The notes: generated from the sequence alone by a model not told the origin. A stretch of DNA of 63,122 nt, filler included, from Octopus bimaculoides (GCF_001194135.2; 5 parts of 4 records of this genome joined end to end with filler, not necessarily neighbours in it), one strand, 5' to 3'. Positions 23,331-36,007 are shown, counted from the whole stretch's first letter. Program-made: numbers and translations.

Positions 23331-24295
23331 GATGTATCCTGGTGAAGTCTGTAAGCATACACACTAAAAAAACTTAGTCTTTTGCACTAAGTTACAAGAT
23401 TCTAGCATCACTCTCGCCATTAGAAATGTAGTTAAGCAGTGACTGGCCTGTTGGAAGCCTATTACCAGCAGCGTTATTGTTCATAAATTGTGATATAATA
23501 TATCGACTACCGCAACATTAAAAAATATTATATAAATTAGTCTAGACATATGAATAAACAAACTAAAGAAATTATAATATATCTATAGAATTCTATCAGG
23601 TTTCGACACGCAATTCATTTGATGTCTGTCTTGATTCTGCAAGAATATTTTCAGTTGTATGTACGAAATTCTTGTTTCATATAAAGACAGCGTAATTTAC
23701 ATAGCCGCAATTTCCCTTCAGAAAGACTTAAAAGTGAAAAAAACAAAATAAAACAAACTAAGTTTAAAAGCCGTTTGAATGCTTTAATGATGCTTACTGT
23801 GTAGCCATTGAACTGCATTCACTAAAGAGGTTACATTTCGAGAGTTAAGGAGATTTGGACAGCTTGAAATTAATGAAATTTCACTGTGAAGGTTACCACT
23901 GCTACCAGATCCGCTCTTGTTAAGGCGGTGGTACCTGTCAAAGGCCCCATTTGGGGCTAAAATAAAACAACAGAAGTTGGATCTATGGCCAGGGCACACA
24001 GAATTCGGAAGTGAGCTTGTTCTTAGACGTGTGTCACATGCATTCATGGACAATATTTCAGCTTCGTGTGTTCAGTGAGTTATCAGTTGAAAAAAGAAAA
24101 AAAAACCTTCCCCCAACACACGCATGCGCCGGAAAACGCATATACATACGCACACTATTTCCGCTTCTATTGTTTCTATTCTTCAATATTATTTCTCTCC
24201 ACTTGCTACCGCTCCTATAAGTATATAATTTAGCTTTGCAATATCTTACATAGTAACCTTTATTATTTTTTTTCCTTACTCTGTTATTAACACGT

Positions 24296-24296
24296 T

Positions 24297-24352
<56 letters not shown>

Positions 24353-24659
24353 TATCATCATCATCATCATCGTCATCGTCATCATCATCATCATCATTAT
24401 CATCATCATCATCATCATCATCGTCATCATCGTTTAATGTCCACTTTTCTATGCTTGCATGGGCCAGGCGAAATTTGTCGAGACAGATTCTCTACTGCCG
24501 GATGCTGACCTTCTTGTCACCAAACTTCACCTGTTTTCAAGCAAGGTAATATTTCCCACATGGCCGGACATGTTTCTCATGGAAGACTGGAAACGAACAA
24601 CATCGTTTGTATGACAGTCATGCTCGTTTACAATCATCACATAATGTCAAGACAAGGGT

Positions 24660-24694
<35 letters not shown>

Positions 24695-24830
24695 CACGCA
24701 CGCACACACACACACACCCACACACACGCGCACGCACGTACGCACACACACACACACACACATATGACGAGATTTTTAAAGTTTCCATTTACCACATCCT
24801 CCTCACTAGGCTTTGATTGACCTATAGAAG
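24296..24830 (-). mobile_element. SINE variant: family-A central domain, internal (TG)n, RTE-like tail and (GAT)n
   Basis: Minus strand: AAAGCCTAGTGAGGAGGATGTGGTAAATGGAAAC, then the microsatellite, then ...CCCATGCAAGCATAGAAAAGTGGACATTAAAC(GAT)n. Confidence 0.8.
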
Positions 24831-26795
24831 AAACTCGCTGCCTCAAGGATCCCTTGAAAGGGAGCTTAGTATCAAATTTTCGACCTATAACCGGTTTATC
24901 ACTAATATGGAAGCTTATGACCGGTGTCTTAGTAGAAGAGTTATTCAACCATCTTGAAAGCAACACGGAACTGAATGACTAGATTACAAAAATGCATACG
25001 ACATGGTATCACACAGTTGGATAAGTAAAACAATGAGCATGTTTCGAATAGTAAAACTCATAGAGAAAATGCTTAATGAAAGTATGAAACACTGGAATAC
25101 TGAATTGATCGGGGGAAAACAAAAACTGGGAAAAGTGAACATTAGAAGTGGAATATTCCAAGGTGATAACTTATCTCCATTACTATTCGTATTGACCATG
25201 ACACTGCTTACTATGATACTACGAAAAGTTAAAATTGCTTACTATTTGGGAAAAGGAAATGGTCGAATAAGTCATCTTCTTTTTATGGATGATATGAAGG
25301 CTTATTTGAAAAATGAGAAACGGCTTGAAAATCTTGTACATACTATCCGCATTTTCTCAAACGACGTAGATATGGAATTTGGGATAGAAAAGCGCGTTAT
25401 ATTGAAAATAAAGAAAGGAAGATTTGAAATGCCAACTGGGCAAACAATAACAGCGGTTGAAAAGGACGGTGGTATATTTGGGAATACTGGAAGCAGACGA
25501 GATAAAAAAATGAAATGAAACAAATTACCAGTAAGAAGTACACAAGGAGAGTAAGAAAATTATCGTAGTCAAAGCTGAATTCCAAAACATTTTTTTGAAG
25601 CAGTAAATTCAAGAGCAATACTCTTAATCAGATATGGAGTTAGAATTATAGACTAGACCAAAAACGATTAAAAAAAAACTTGATAGAAAAGCTAGGAAGT
25701 TGTTGACGATGCTGGAGCCCACGATACGAAACCTGATATCAACCGGTTGTACTTGAGGAGAGACTAAAGTGGAAGAGGCTTCATAGCAGTAGAAGAATGT
25801 GTACAGATGGAACGAAAACGTCTAGCAGAGTATTTACAGAGAAATACAGGAAATCCACTAAAGATAGTTAATAAAAAAAACAGGCGGTGAAGCGCGTAAT
25901 AGGAGAAAAGGGCAAGAATGAAGTAGAAAGAGAGCACGTCAGACAGATGGAAGAGAAACCTCTGCATGGCTAATTTTGGAGAGCCATTGAAGACGTACGT
26001 GGAACAAAATCCTGGGCTTGGTTAAAAAATGGGCAATTAAAAAAAAAAAAAAAAGAAACAGAGAGCCTAATTGTAGCAGCCCAAGATCAAGCGATAAAAA
26101 CAAACAACTTGAGAAAAAATATATATGAAGAGAATGTGTCAGAAAAATGTGGAGACTGGGACTTGGAATGAGACATTGGAATACAATGTGCTGGCACAGG
26201 CAGAATTTTAAAAAATGAAGACACGACCAGGTTGTCAATGTTTTACACTAGAAACTGTGCTAGAAAGTGGGATTTGAAGCTGGAAACATTGTACAATAAT
26301 CGAGTAGAAAGAGTACTGGAGTTGGAGAAATGTAAGATTTTGTGGGGCTTTCCTATTCAAACGGACAAGAAGTTAGAAAATAATTGACCAGACATAACGA
26401 TTAAAGATAAAGAAAAGCAAAGTTGATTACTTATCAACTCGTTTGATTCCAGGATCGTAAAGAAAGAGGAAGAAAAAATACAATCCCTTAAAATTTGAAA
26501 TAGGAAGAATTTGGAGCATACGAACAGTAAAGGTCGTGCCTATAATAGTTGGTGCGTTGGGAACAGCAAGCAAAGATATAGACAAAAGGCTAAAGAAGAC
26601 TGAAATAGAATGCCCGTTAGAGCTCATTCAGAAAGTTTGTCTCTTAAGGACAGCAAGGATTATCACGAGGGTTCTAAGCACTTGCTGAAAACTTGTCGAT
26701 CCCTAAGGTTACAGGTACCCACATAAGGTTACAGGTACTAACATAAATCCTACCAGGAATAAGACCGAACCTGAGCCAAACCAAAATAATGATGT
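24830..26795 (+). mobile_element. R4/Dong-clade LINE 1 (5'-truncated, decayed RT and REL endonuclease)
   Basis: [47 protein letters not shown], then a frameshifted REL region ending ELIQKVCLLRTARIITRVLSTC* at ~26688. Confidence 0.9.
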
Positions 26796-27108
26796 TAAAT
26801 TTTGGCATAAAACCAGCAATTTCGGGAGCTGGGTTAAGTTGAGTATATCGACCCCAGTGCTCAACTGGCACTTATTTTATCGATCCTGGAAAAATGAAAA
26901 GCAAAGTCGACCTCGATGCCTTAGCCTTTCATCCTTTCGGGGTCGTTAAAAAAGTAACTGCCGAGCACTGATATAGTCCTTATTTTATCGGCACTGAAAG
27001 AATGAAAGTTGTCCTTGGCAGAATTTGAACTCAGAAGGAATGGATCCAGAACAAATACTGTAAAGCACTTTCCTGACGCTCTAACTATTTTGCGAGCTTG
27101 TCGCCTGA
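26795..27108 (-). mobile_element. Composite family-B SINE with a short inverted internal segment
   Basis: Minus-strand tail and body, a plus-strand piece GCCTTTCATCCTTTCGGGGTCG at ~26923-26990, then minus-strand body and head. Confidence 0.75.
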
Positions 27109-27134
27109 TAATAATAATAATAATAATAATGATG

Positions 27135-27200
<66 letters not shown>

Positions 27201-27202
<2 letters not shown>

Positions 27203-27680
27203 GAGAAAGCAACCATACTCTGGGATATGCCAATACACACAGATAGAGAAATTAAGGCAAATAGACCAGATATAGTTGTCAAAGATCATGAAGAAAAAAA
27301 ATGCTTTCTAATTGATGTATCAATACCAGCAGATGACAACGTTTCCCTAAAAGAAATGGAAAAACTTTCAAAATACAAAGACCTGGAAATAGAGATAACT
27401 CGAATGTGGAGTCTAAAAACAGAAACAATTCCTATCATAGTAGGTGCCTTAGGTATAATAAAAAAATATTCAGACAATTACATAACAAAAACACCAGGAC
27501 TTACAAATATATATAACATACAGAAAATTGCACTACTGGGTACTGCACACATTCTACGCAAAACACTTTCAATACAGTAAACATAAGAGCACCACAGCAA
27601 ACCACAGCACATACCCAAGGCGCACAGAGCTGCGCTCGGTAGTGATGTGAAAGTACGTTATAAAAATAAAACTACTGAAC

Positions 27681-27716
<36 letters not shown>

Positions 27717-27754
27717 TATAATAATAATTATAATAATAATAATAATAATAATAA
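27201..27754 (+). mobile_element. R4/Dong-clade LINE 2, young 5'-truncated copy inside (AAT)n
   Basis: Uninterrupted REL domain ILWDMPIHTDREIKANRPDIVVKD..CFLIDVSIP..KEMEKLSKYKDL..LLGTAHILRKTLSIQ* (stop at 27580); (AAT)n on both sides. Confidence 0.95.
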
Positions 27755-27954
27755 TTTCAAATTTTTCCACAAGGGCAGCTTGGGTGAGGGGATTAAGTCG
27801 ATTACATCAACCCCAGCGTATAACTGCTACATATTTAATCGACCCCGATAGGATGAAAGGCAAAGTCGAGCTTGGCGGAATTTGAACTAAGAACGACGAG
27901 CGAAATACCACTAAGCATTTCGTCCAGTGTGCTAACGATTGTGCCACTTCACCT
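27755..27954 (-). mobile_element. SINE family B
   Basis: Full body and head on the minus strand. Confidence 0.85.
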
Positions 27955-28902
27955 AACAACAACAACAACAATAGTAACAAGAACAACAATAATAATAATA
28001 AGACAGAAACACTAATACAACCCAGCAGGACAACGGTAAAATAACTCCCAAAGACTGGAATATCTACAATTTCCTGTGAGTATTTTAAATTTCCCTCAAA
28101 ATAAGTTAAGAAACTTACGTATCTACAGTTTTCGAACACACAAAAGATCAGCTTTAAGAACTTTAATATCTACAACTTCTGTGAATGCCTATCCTTTCCT
28201 TTCTCCCANNNNNNNNNNNNNNNNNNNNNNNNNNNNNNNNNNNNNNNNNNNNNNNNNNNNNNNNNNNNNNNNNNNNNNNNNNNNNNNNNNNNNNNNNNNN
28301 NNNNNNNNNNNNNNNNNNNNNNNNNNNNNNNNNNNNNNNNNNNNNNATTACAAATCACAGAAAAATTTATAAAAAGAAAAGAGAAATTTCAAAGAAAAAA
28401 ATTCAGAAATTCAAAAATTAAACGAGGTGAACACACACACACATATATATAATTATTTTTTAACGAGATGACTTGGTTCTTTTCAAGGCCAAGGTCAGCG
28501 TTGTCACTGATTGCTAGTAGTAGTAAACACATTTGACCTCTGCTGACCCCAAGGGTGTGAGGTCGCTTTTGTTTCCTTATCGCACAGGAATGCTCATTGC
28601 TGATCTCTTCACCATCTGCGGAATCTATTTACAAACCTGTGGAATTTAATTTATTCACCAAGCTGTATCTCTTGCTCCTACTATTCCCTTTAACATTCAC
28701 ATATTTATGATCATCTCAAGTACAAGACAAAATTTGAAACTAAACATTCAATAATACCTTTTAATAATAAATGGAAATAATAATAATAATAATGATGGTA
28801 ATAATGGTGACGATGATAACAATAATAATTTGGCCAAAACTCATGTCGGATCAGATAAAATATTAACAATGACAAATAGTAGTAAAAAAAATATCAGACA
28901 TG

Positions 28903-28949
<47 letters not shown>

Positions 28950-28952
<3 letters not shown>

Positions 28953-31900
28953 GAAAGGAAGCGGCTGGAATCTCCCTATGCTCTGATTAATGATGCATCT
29001 AGTGATGGTATCACAATAAAAACACTGGTAATTGCGCAACCTGATAATCGCTACCTCATATGAGTGACAATGAAAAAAACAAAACATTGTGAATAACCGT
29101 GGTAATGAAACTGAAGCCCTTGGTGCTGACAGTGTTACACCCGGCAGGCTCAGAGATACTGGTCCAACTCCAGCCTGTCGTTATCCAGCAAGGGACCAGC
29201 ACACACAGCGTAGATGGAACAAACAAATCAATGTTGTGGTCATGGAGTGTTACTACCTGAGCAACCCCGTAGACAAATATGGTATTCATCTTAGGGGATA
29301 CCGACAACGTATGTGTGATCAATGGAGAGAAAGAGTGTTGTTTCAACTTACGGAACAGAGATTATGTGATCAAACTAGAGCAATAAGAAAAGAATCGTTG
29401 GTTCACAGAAGTAGAGCTCGAAGCTATCAAAAGACCGGTATTGGAAAACAACAGCAGAGGAAACGATGAAAACACAGTTCCTACTGATAAAAGTAATCTC
29501 ATGGCAGAAAACAGATGTACGGACATCTGGGGAAATCTCTAATAAACCACAGTAAAGAAACAGTGATAGCTTGCTCGATGAGAGACATATAGATGGTTAG
29601 GAAGAAGACAATAAAACTAATGGTGATATGACAGATGGGTAAAAGGCAGTCTACGACAGAATAAAGGCAAGGGTACAGGAGAACGATAGCGACATTATTT
29701 GCAACCTTAAAAAGGTTGATCGGTGGAAATTGAACTAAGATACGGAAAATGTAAATGAAATTCTGAAATACATTAGAGCAAATAACATCACAGAAACAAA
29801 TAATTTGATGAAGGCAGCAAGTATTGTTGTAGCAGAAAATGTAGGTGTTGGTGTCAAGAAAAAGAAATATAATGGGAGTGACAAAAGCAAAGATCCATGG
29901 TGGAAAAGAAGAACACAGGCTCTCGAAGGACATTTCTGTGTTTAAGCGAAGAGTAAAGTGGGAGCTTAAAAGCGAACAAAAATACAGGGCACTGAACAGA
30001 AAGTGTAATATTGAAAGAAAGGGCATGAAAGTGGTAATGGAGGAACTGAAACAGCGCCTGGTTGCAAAGAAAGCAAAGATGGTAAGATACGACTAAAGAA
30101 TGAAGGGTTACCACTAGAATAGGTTATTCAGAGTAGATCAGAAGAGATTCTACAAATAGATGGAGAGTTTACACATGAAAAGTTGATACCAGATAACATT
30201 GAAAGTCAAAGGCTTTGGAATGACATCTGGAGCAAAGACAATGAGCACAAGAAGAATTCTGAATGGTTACAAGAACTGAAACAAACTGCAGTCTGTCTAA
30301 AACAGGCAGGACTAGTCATTTCAGTTAGGAAAGTGAAGGAAATCATCAAAAAAAAAAAAAAAATGGGCAACGGGAAGGCCCCGGAACCAGATGGAGTTCA
30401 AGGCTACTGGATCAAAAGATTTGGTGAATTTCATGCACGAATAGCTGCACAACTCAACACCTTGTTAAATGCCGACCAAGTAATACCAGAGTGGTTGACA
30501 ATGGGTAGGACTGTGCTGTGCTTGAAAAACATCGACAAAGGCAATACGGTAGACAATTACAAGCCGATATCCAGCTTGCAACTTATGTGGAAATTATTGA
30601 CTGGAATAGTTGCAGAGTCAATGTACGGACATCTGGGGAAAAAATAGAGTCCTGTCACATGAGCAGAAGGGTTGCAAGCGTAAGTGCAGAGGTAACAAGG
30701 ATCAACTTATGGTAGACAAAACTGTATTTAAAGACTGCAAGAAGAGGAAAACTAACTCAGCCATGTCATGGATCGATTATCGCAAGGCGTACGATATGAT
30801 CCCACATTCTTGGATTATGGAATGTACGAACCTATTTGATATTGCATCGAATGTTGAGCAATTGCTTAGAAAAAGTATGGCGAAGTGGAGGTCGGAACTG
30901 ACAGCACATGGAAGAAGTTTAGAGACAATAGAAATCAGGAGAGGCATCTTCCAAGAGGACTGCCTGTCCCCACTGATCTTTGTACTGTACATGATACCAC
31001 TAACACTGATTTTGAGGAAAGCTAAGGCTGGGTATGTATTCAAAAGTCGCCAACAAAAAGTCAACCACTTGTTATTCATGGATGACCTCAAACGTTATGG
31101 TAAAGATGAATCCCAAGTCAGTTCCCTCGTTGATACGGTGTATACTTTCACTGCTGATATCAGAATGGAGTTCGGACTGAAAAATTGTGGTGTGTTAGTC
31201 TTGAGAGGCAAAATAAAATTATGGATGGGCAGCATCGAGAAGTTATGAAGCAGATAGACGAGACGAGCTATAAGTACTTGGGGATATTGGAAATGGATAA
31301 ATTAATGAAGAAAGAAATGACAGAAAAATTTAAGGTGGAGTACTTGCGCAGACCGAGACTGAGCCTGAAGTCGAAATTAAACGGACAGAATAAGATTGAA
31401 GCTATCAACACCAGGGTGGTTTCACTCCTTAGATATGAATCAGGGGTAATCGCATGGGCAGTAGACGAACTAAATAGCTTAGACAGAAAGGCAAGGAAGT
31501 TACTAACAAGATATGGGATACTCCACCCAAAAAGTAACACAGATATACTGCATGTACCAAGAAAAAGAGGGGGAAGAGGACTGATTGGATGCGAACATAG
31601 CGTTAGAGCAGAATAAAACAACATAGTATGGGATGTAAAAAATGCCATAGAATTACTATTATTGGAAGTAAGAAGGTCAGGCTTGTGTAGGATGGAAGAT
31701 TGTAAAGATAAAGCACTGTACAAATAGTTGAACATGAATGAAACTGAAAATAGGTGGATAAAGAAAAGAATGCATGGTCAATTTCATGGAGATGTTGAAG
31801 ATAAGATAGACAGAGAAAAAAAGATGGCTATTGATGACTAAAAGTGATTTAAAACCGGAAACGGAGGCTCTAATCTGTGCTGCCCAAGAGCAAGCACTAA

Positions 31901-32585
31901 GAACGAATTACATCAAATACAGAATAAACAACACATCAGAAAGTGATAGGTGCAGAATTTGTGGGAAAAATGGTGAAACAGTATGGCATATTACCAGTCA
32001 ATGTACGCCACTAGCCCAGAAGGAGTATAAGAGACGTCATGACAATATAACAAGGATTGTCCATTGCAACAAGTATGGACTTGACAGAGCAAAAAAGTGG
32101 TACGAACCTGAAGGCATCATCGAAAATGATAATGCAAAGATCCCATGGGATTTTATGATTCAGTGCGACCATGAGATAGAGAATAGGAAACTAGACATAG
32201 TGTTAATTGAGAAAGAAAGCAAACGATGCTGGATCATAGATATAGCATGCCCAGCTGACAATAAGGTATACGATAAGGAAGAAAGAAAAGTCGATAGATA
32301 TGACAGGTTAGCTTGAGAGGTTAAGCAGTTGTGGTCGATGAAAAAGATGGTAACATTACCAATAATTGTCGGAGGCCTGGGAACAGTGAGTAAAAATCTT
32401 GAGAAGTACATAGAACAAATAGAGGCTGCAATAAGGGTGGAGCACTTGCAGAAAACAGCACTGCTTGGAACCGCTCGAACACTCCGGGTGGTGCTCGAAA
32501 AAAAGGGGTGTTACCTTAGTTCATTGGTAGTGAACAGCTGGCACTGTAGTGCATCTCCAGCGATAGAAAGTGTGCAAAGGCAATA

Positions 32586-32644
<59 letters not shown>
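28950..32644 (+). mobile_element. R4/Dong-clade LINE 3, near full length, decayed
   Basis: N-terminal WNKQINVVVMECYY..TEQRLCDQ; [50 protein letters not shown]; CCHC CRICGKNGETVWHITSQC; REL RKLDIVLIEKESKRCWIIDIACP; (AAT)n on both flanks. Multiple stops and frameshifts. Confidence 0.95.
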
Positions 32645-32645
<1 letters not shown>

Positions 32646-32860
32646 CGTTTCGGCTATAGGCCCAAGGCCTGAAATTTGTAGGGAGGGCACTAGTCTATTA
32701 CATCGACGCCAGTGTTCAACTGGTACGTATTTCATCGGCCCCGAAAGAATGTAAGGTAAAGTTCACCTTGGCAGAATTTGAACTCTGGATATAAAGGCAG
32801 ACGAAATGCCGCTAAGTATTTTACCCGGCGTGCTAACGATTCTGCCAGCTCACTGCCTTG
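32645..32860 (-). mobile_element. SINE family B
   Basis: Full-length match on the minus strand, tail abutting the Dong (AAT)n. Confidence 0.9.
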
Positions 32861-34029
32861 ATAAAAATAATAATGACGACGACGACGACGACGACGATGA
32901 TGATGATGATGATGATTCATAATAATATTAATCTTGATAATAATAGGAAATAAATAATAAACACAGGCATGAAAATATGAAACATTCCCAATGAGTTTCC
33001 TACAGAAATATTTCAGGAGAATGGCTTACAGATTTGGCGGATACGATATTGTGTGAAAAGACACAGGAAACGACATTGCAGGCTGAAAAGAGAAAGGGAG
33101 AGAGAGAAAAAAAATGACATAATTACACATCTAAAGGCGGTTAGACTTTACACACCGGATATCCGGTTACTGTTTGATGGCTGAATCTTAATTTGAAATA
33201 GAATTAATAATAATTCTTTTTTTTTTTTTATATCTAATTCACGTTTACTTTGAAATAAGTCATTTTTCTTTATTCCGTTTTATTTCCTTTTTTTTATGTA
33301 TTTTTTTAATTACAACTGTTTTTAGGGCTTTTTCCTCGACGAAAAACTAGCATAATTAAAGACTATCTGCTACGATAACAACGTGTGTTAAAGGAAACGA
33401 AACCGAGAAAACCGGTAAGGATGGTGTCGTTCTTCCCGCCTTCACAGATTCTTCTGTTGGTGTGTTTTAAAGGCCTTTGTAACACTGCTTCTGTGTGAAG
33501 CTGAACATAACTGGAGGGCGTCAAAAATGAAGATAATTTATGTCGGTCCGTTTTTTTGTTTTTCAATGTTGCTTTCGTCTTTCCCTCTGATGTAGGTAAA
33601 TACAAAGAGTAATTCACAAGTTTATTTATTTATTCATGTATTCGTTTATTTATTCATTTATTTATTTATTATCCGTTTCTTATTGTTAAAATTACATGTC
33701 GCACTACAAAGAAACTCACCAAGTCACAAACACTGTGATTTAATAATGTTTAGTGATAAATATCTTTGATTATATGTCTATGCTTAGGTTTTTTTCCTTG
33801 TTTGAGAATCCGGAGAACGACAATCTCACCATGCCATACCATGCAAACTACCCTTAGATCTTTGATGAAGTCAGAGGAGCACCGTCGTGACACACGGTTT
33901 GTCTTTTTTTTTTTTCATTTTTCTTTTACCTTGCAGATACTCTCTAGATCTGACCTGAAGGAGAGACAGAAAGGATGTTAGAGAAAGAGGAGAAATCTAC
34001 CACAATAGAGCACCGTTACTTTATGCATC

Positions 34030-34140
34030 AACTCTCGAAAGAATGAAAGGCAAAGTTGACCTCGGAGGGATTTGAACTCAGAGCATAGAGAGCCGGAGCG
34101 ATTACATGCAAAACAATATATCCGGCGCTTTAAACGACTT
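34030..34140 (-). mobile_element. SINE family B fragment
   Basis: GAAAGGCAAAGTTGACCTCGGAGGGATTTGAACTCAG. Confidence 0.7.
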
Positions 34141-34228
34141 TACCTAATACTACGTGATATAGTGATATCGTTATTTGATATTTTCTAAAGGTTTGTGTAT
34201 TATTGCAGTTTAAAAATTTCAAAATCAT

Positions 34229-34370
34229 GGTTACGGATGGCTTAGCGGTTATTGTGCTGGATTCATAATCGTAATGTTGTAGGTTCGATTCCCGGACCGG
34301 GTGATATGATATGTCCTTGAGCAAGGTACATGATTCCCCACTGCTCTTGAATACTCAGCCGAAAATGCAG
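34229..34370 (+). mobile_element. SINE family D head and CORE-like region
   Basis: TGGCTTAGCGG A box, GGTTCGATTCCC B box, TGTCCTTGAGCAAGG. Confidence 0.65.
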
Positions 34371-35121
34371 CTCTCACTCACACACACACACACACACACA
34401 CTCTCACACACAGACACTCTCGCTCACACACCCACTCTCTCTCTCTTTATCCCTCTCTCTACTTCTAGCTGTTACGTTATCGGTGACCTGCGACCTGCTG
34501 AGTCGAAGATGGAAGTCCAAGGGAGTATTTATGTCTGCTTGCGACTACGTAGGCATCTACAAAATTTAACGAAAGCATGGTACATGTTACCAAGTGATAC
34601 AACGCTTGCGAGTGACGGTTAAGCATTTTTTTAAATAATAATTTCTATATTGACACACTTTGCTTGGAAGAGATTTCGGAGAGATATTTCTGTTGCGATA
34701 GATAGTATTGACCAAAAGATTTTGTCAAAGAATACTTTTTTCTTTCTTTCTGTGTGTATGCTATGCAAAGGGGATTTTAGTTTATCGAGCAGGTTTATTC
34801 TGAAGCCAAACCTTTCTCTAATCCAGTGACCTGAGACCACTTTACACATAAATACCTTCACTAACTTGCTTTTACAATTGCCGTATTGTAGCTAAGTCTT
34901 TAGGAATGATGTAGCTCGAAGCGATTTCAGCTACAGATAACAGCTTATAATACGTCGGATAAACTATCTCACTTAGATGAAAAAGAATTGGAAAGCCTCC
35001 TGCGTGACACGAACCACGCATCTTTTGTAACTCAAATGGGTGTGCTACCAATTACAGTGAAGCAACATTTCTAATTAGTCGTTTTAATTTTATCCGCTGA
35101 ACATTTGCTTACGTTTATAAT

Positions 35122-35510
35122 TGTTGTTGTTGGCACTCCGTCGCTTACGACGTCGAGGGTTCCAGTTGATCCGAACAACGGAACAGCCTGCTCGTGGAAT
35201 TAACGTGCAAGTGGCTGAGCACTCCACAGACACGTGTACCCTTAATGTAGTTCTCGGGGATATTCAGCGTGACACAGTGTGACAAGGCTGACCCTTTGAA
35301 TTACAGGCACAACAGAAACAGGAAGTAAGAGTGAGAGAAAGTTGTGGTGAAAGAGTACAGCAGGGTTCGCCACTATCCCCTGCCGTAGCCTCGTGGAGCT
35401 TTAGGTGTTTTCGCTCAATAAACACTCACAACGCTCGGTCTGGGAATCGAAACCGCGATCCTATGACCTCGAGTCCGCTGCCCTAACCACTGGGCCAGTG
35501 CGCCTCCACA
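35122..35510 (-). mobile_element. tRNA-derived SINE family C, full length with TSD
   Basis: A box TGGCCCAGTGG, B box GGTTTCGATTCCC, (CAA)n tail; 13-bp TSD TTACGTTTATAAT at 35109-35121 and 35511-35523. Confidence 0.95.
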
Positions 35511-35953
35511 TTACGTTTATAATACAGATGCGAAAACATAAGCTTTTATTAACGATGTATCTCCAAATGAAGGCAGCTTTCTACCTTTATTACTGTCCAA
35601 GAAAATTTTAATCCAATCTATTGTCTATAATTGAATTCATTTCGAGGTACATCGTTAATAAAGACTTGTTTCCAAGTTTCTCAATGCTTGCACATTTGCT
35701 TTCTGACTGAGTATATTCATTGCAAAGATTTTAGAAGTGCTTGTGAGGATATTTATTCTGTGATAAATATTGATTTCAAATTTTGGCACAAGACCAGCAA
35801 TTTCGAAGGAAGGAATAAATCATTATCATCGACCCCAGAACGCAATTTTATATATACACATTAGCAAATCGCTAAATCATCCAATTATTTGGATGATGAA
35901 AACATAAATACTAATGGCGAAGCGAGTCTGGAAAGAGCCGAACAATTGAACGA

Positions 35954-36007
35954 TCTTAACTGATGAGGCAGCGGAAAATTACCGAAACTGACGCGTCAGT
36001 ATTAAGA
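35954..36007 (+). ncRNA. Type I hammerhead ribozyme with intact catalytic core
   Basis: Stem I TCTTAA/TTAAGA; CTGATGA 35960-35966; stem II G35967-C35983 (one C-A mismatch); GAAA 35984-35987; palindromic stem III ACTGACGCGTCAGT; cleavage predicted after GUA (36001). Confidence 0.85.

Noticed and set aside
27098-27200. Poly-Asn N-terminus on the 160-aa ORF
   Set aside because: It is the (AAT)n target tract upstream of a truncated Dong LINE, and the ATG lies in the neighbouring SINE.
29499-30026. 175-aa minus-strand ORF and other antisense ORFs over the Dong elements
   Set aside because: Antisense shadows of LINE coding sequence.
33855-33905. TTTGATGAAGTCAGAGG..., and CCAGAAGATG..AAAAC at ~53500, as possible Penelope pLTR ribozyme relics
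   Set aside because: Too many core changes to distinguish from chance without a consensus.
35430-35510. tRNA-like sequences (also 41103-41180, 51620-51698, 13358-13430)
   Set aside because: They are SINE heads: there is no complete acceptor stem and they continue into SINE bodies, some with TSDs.
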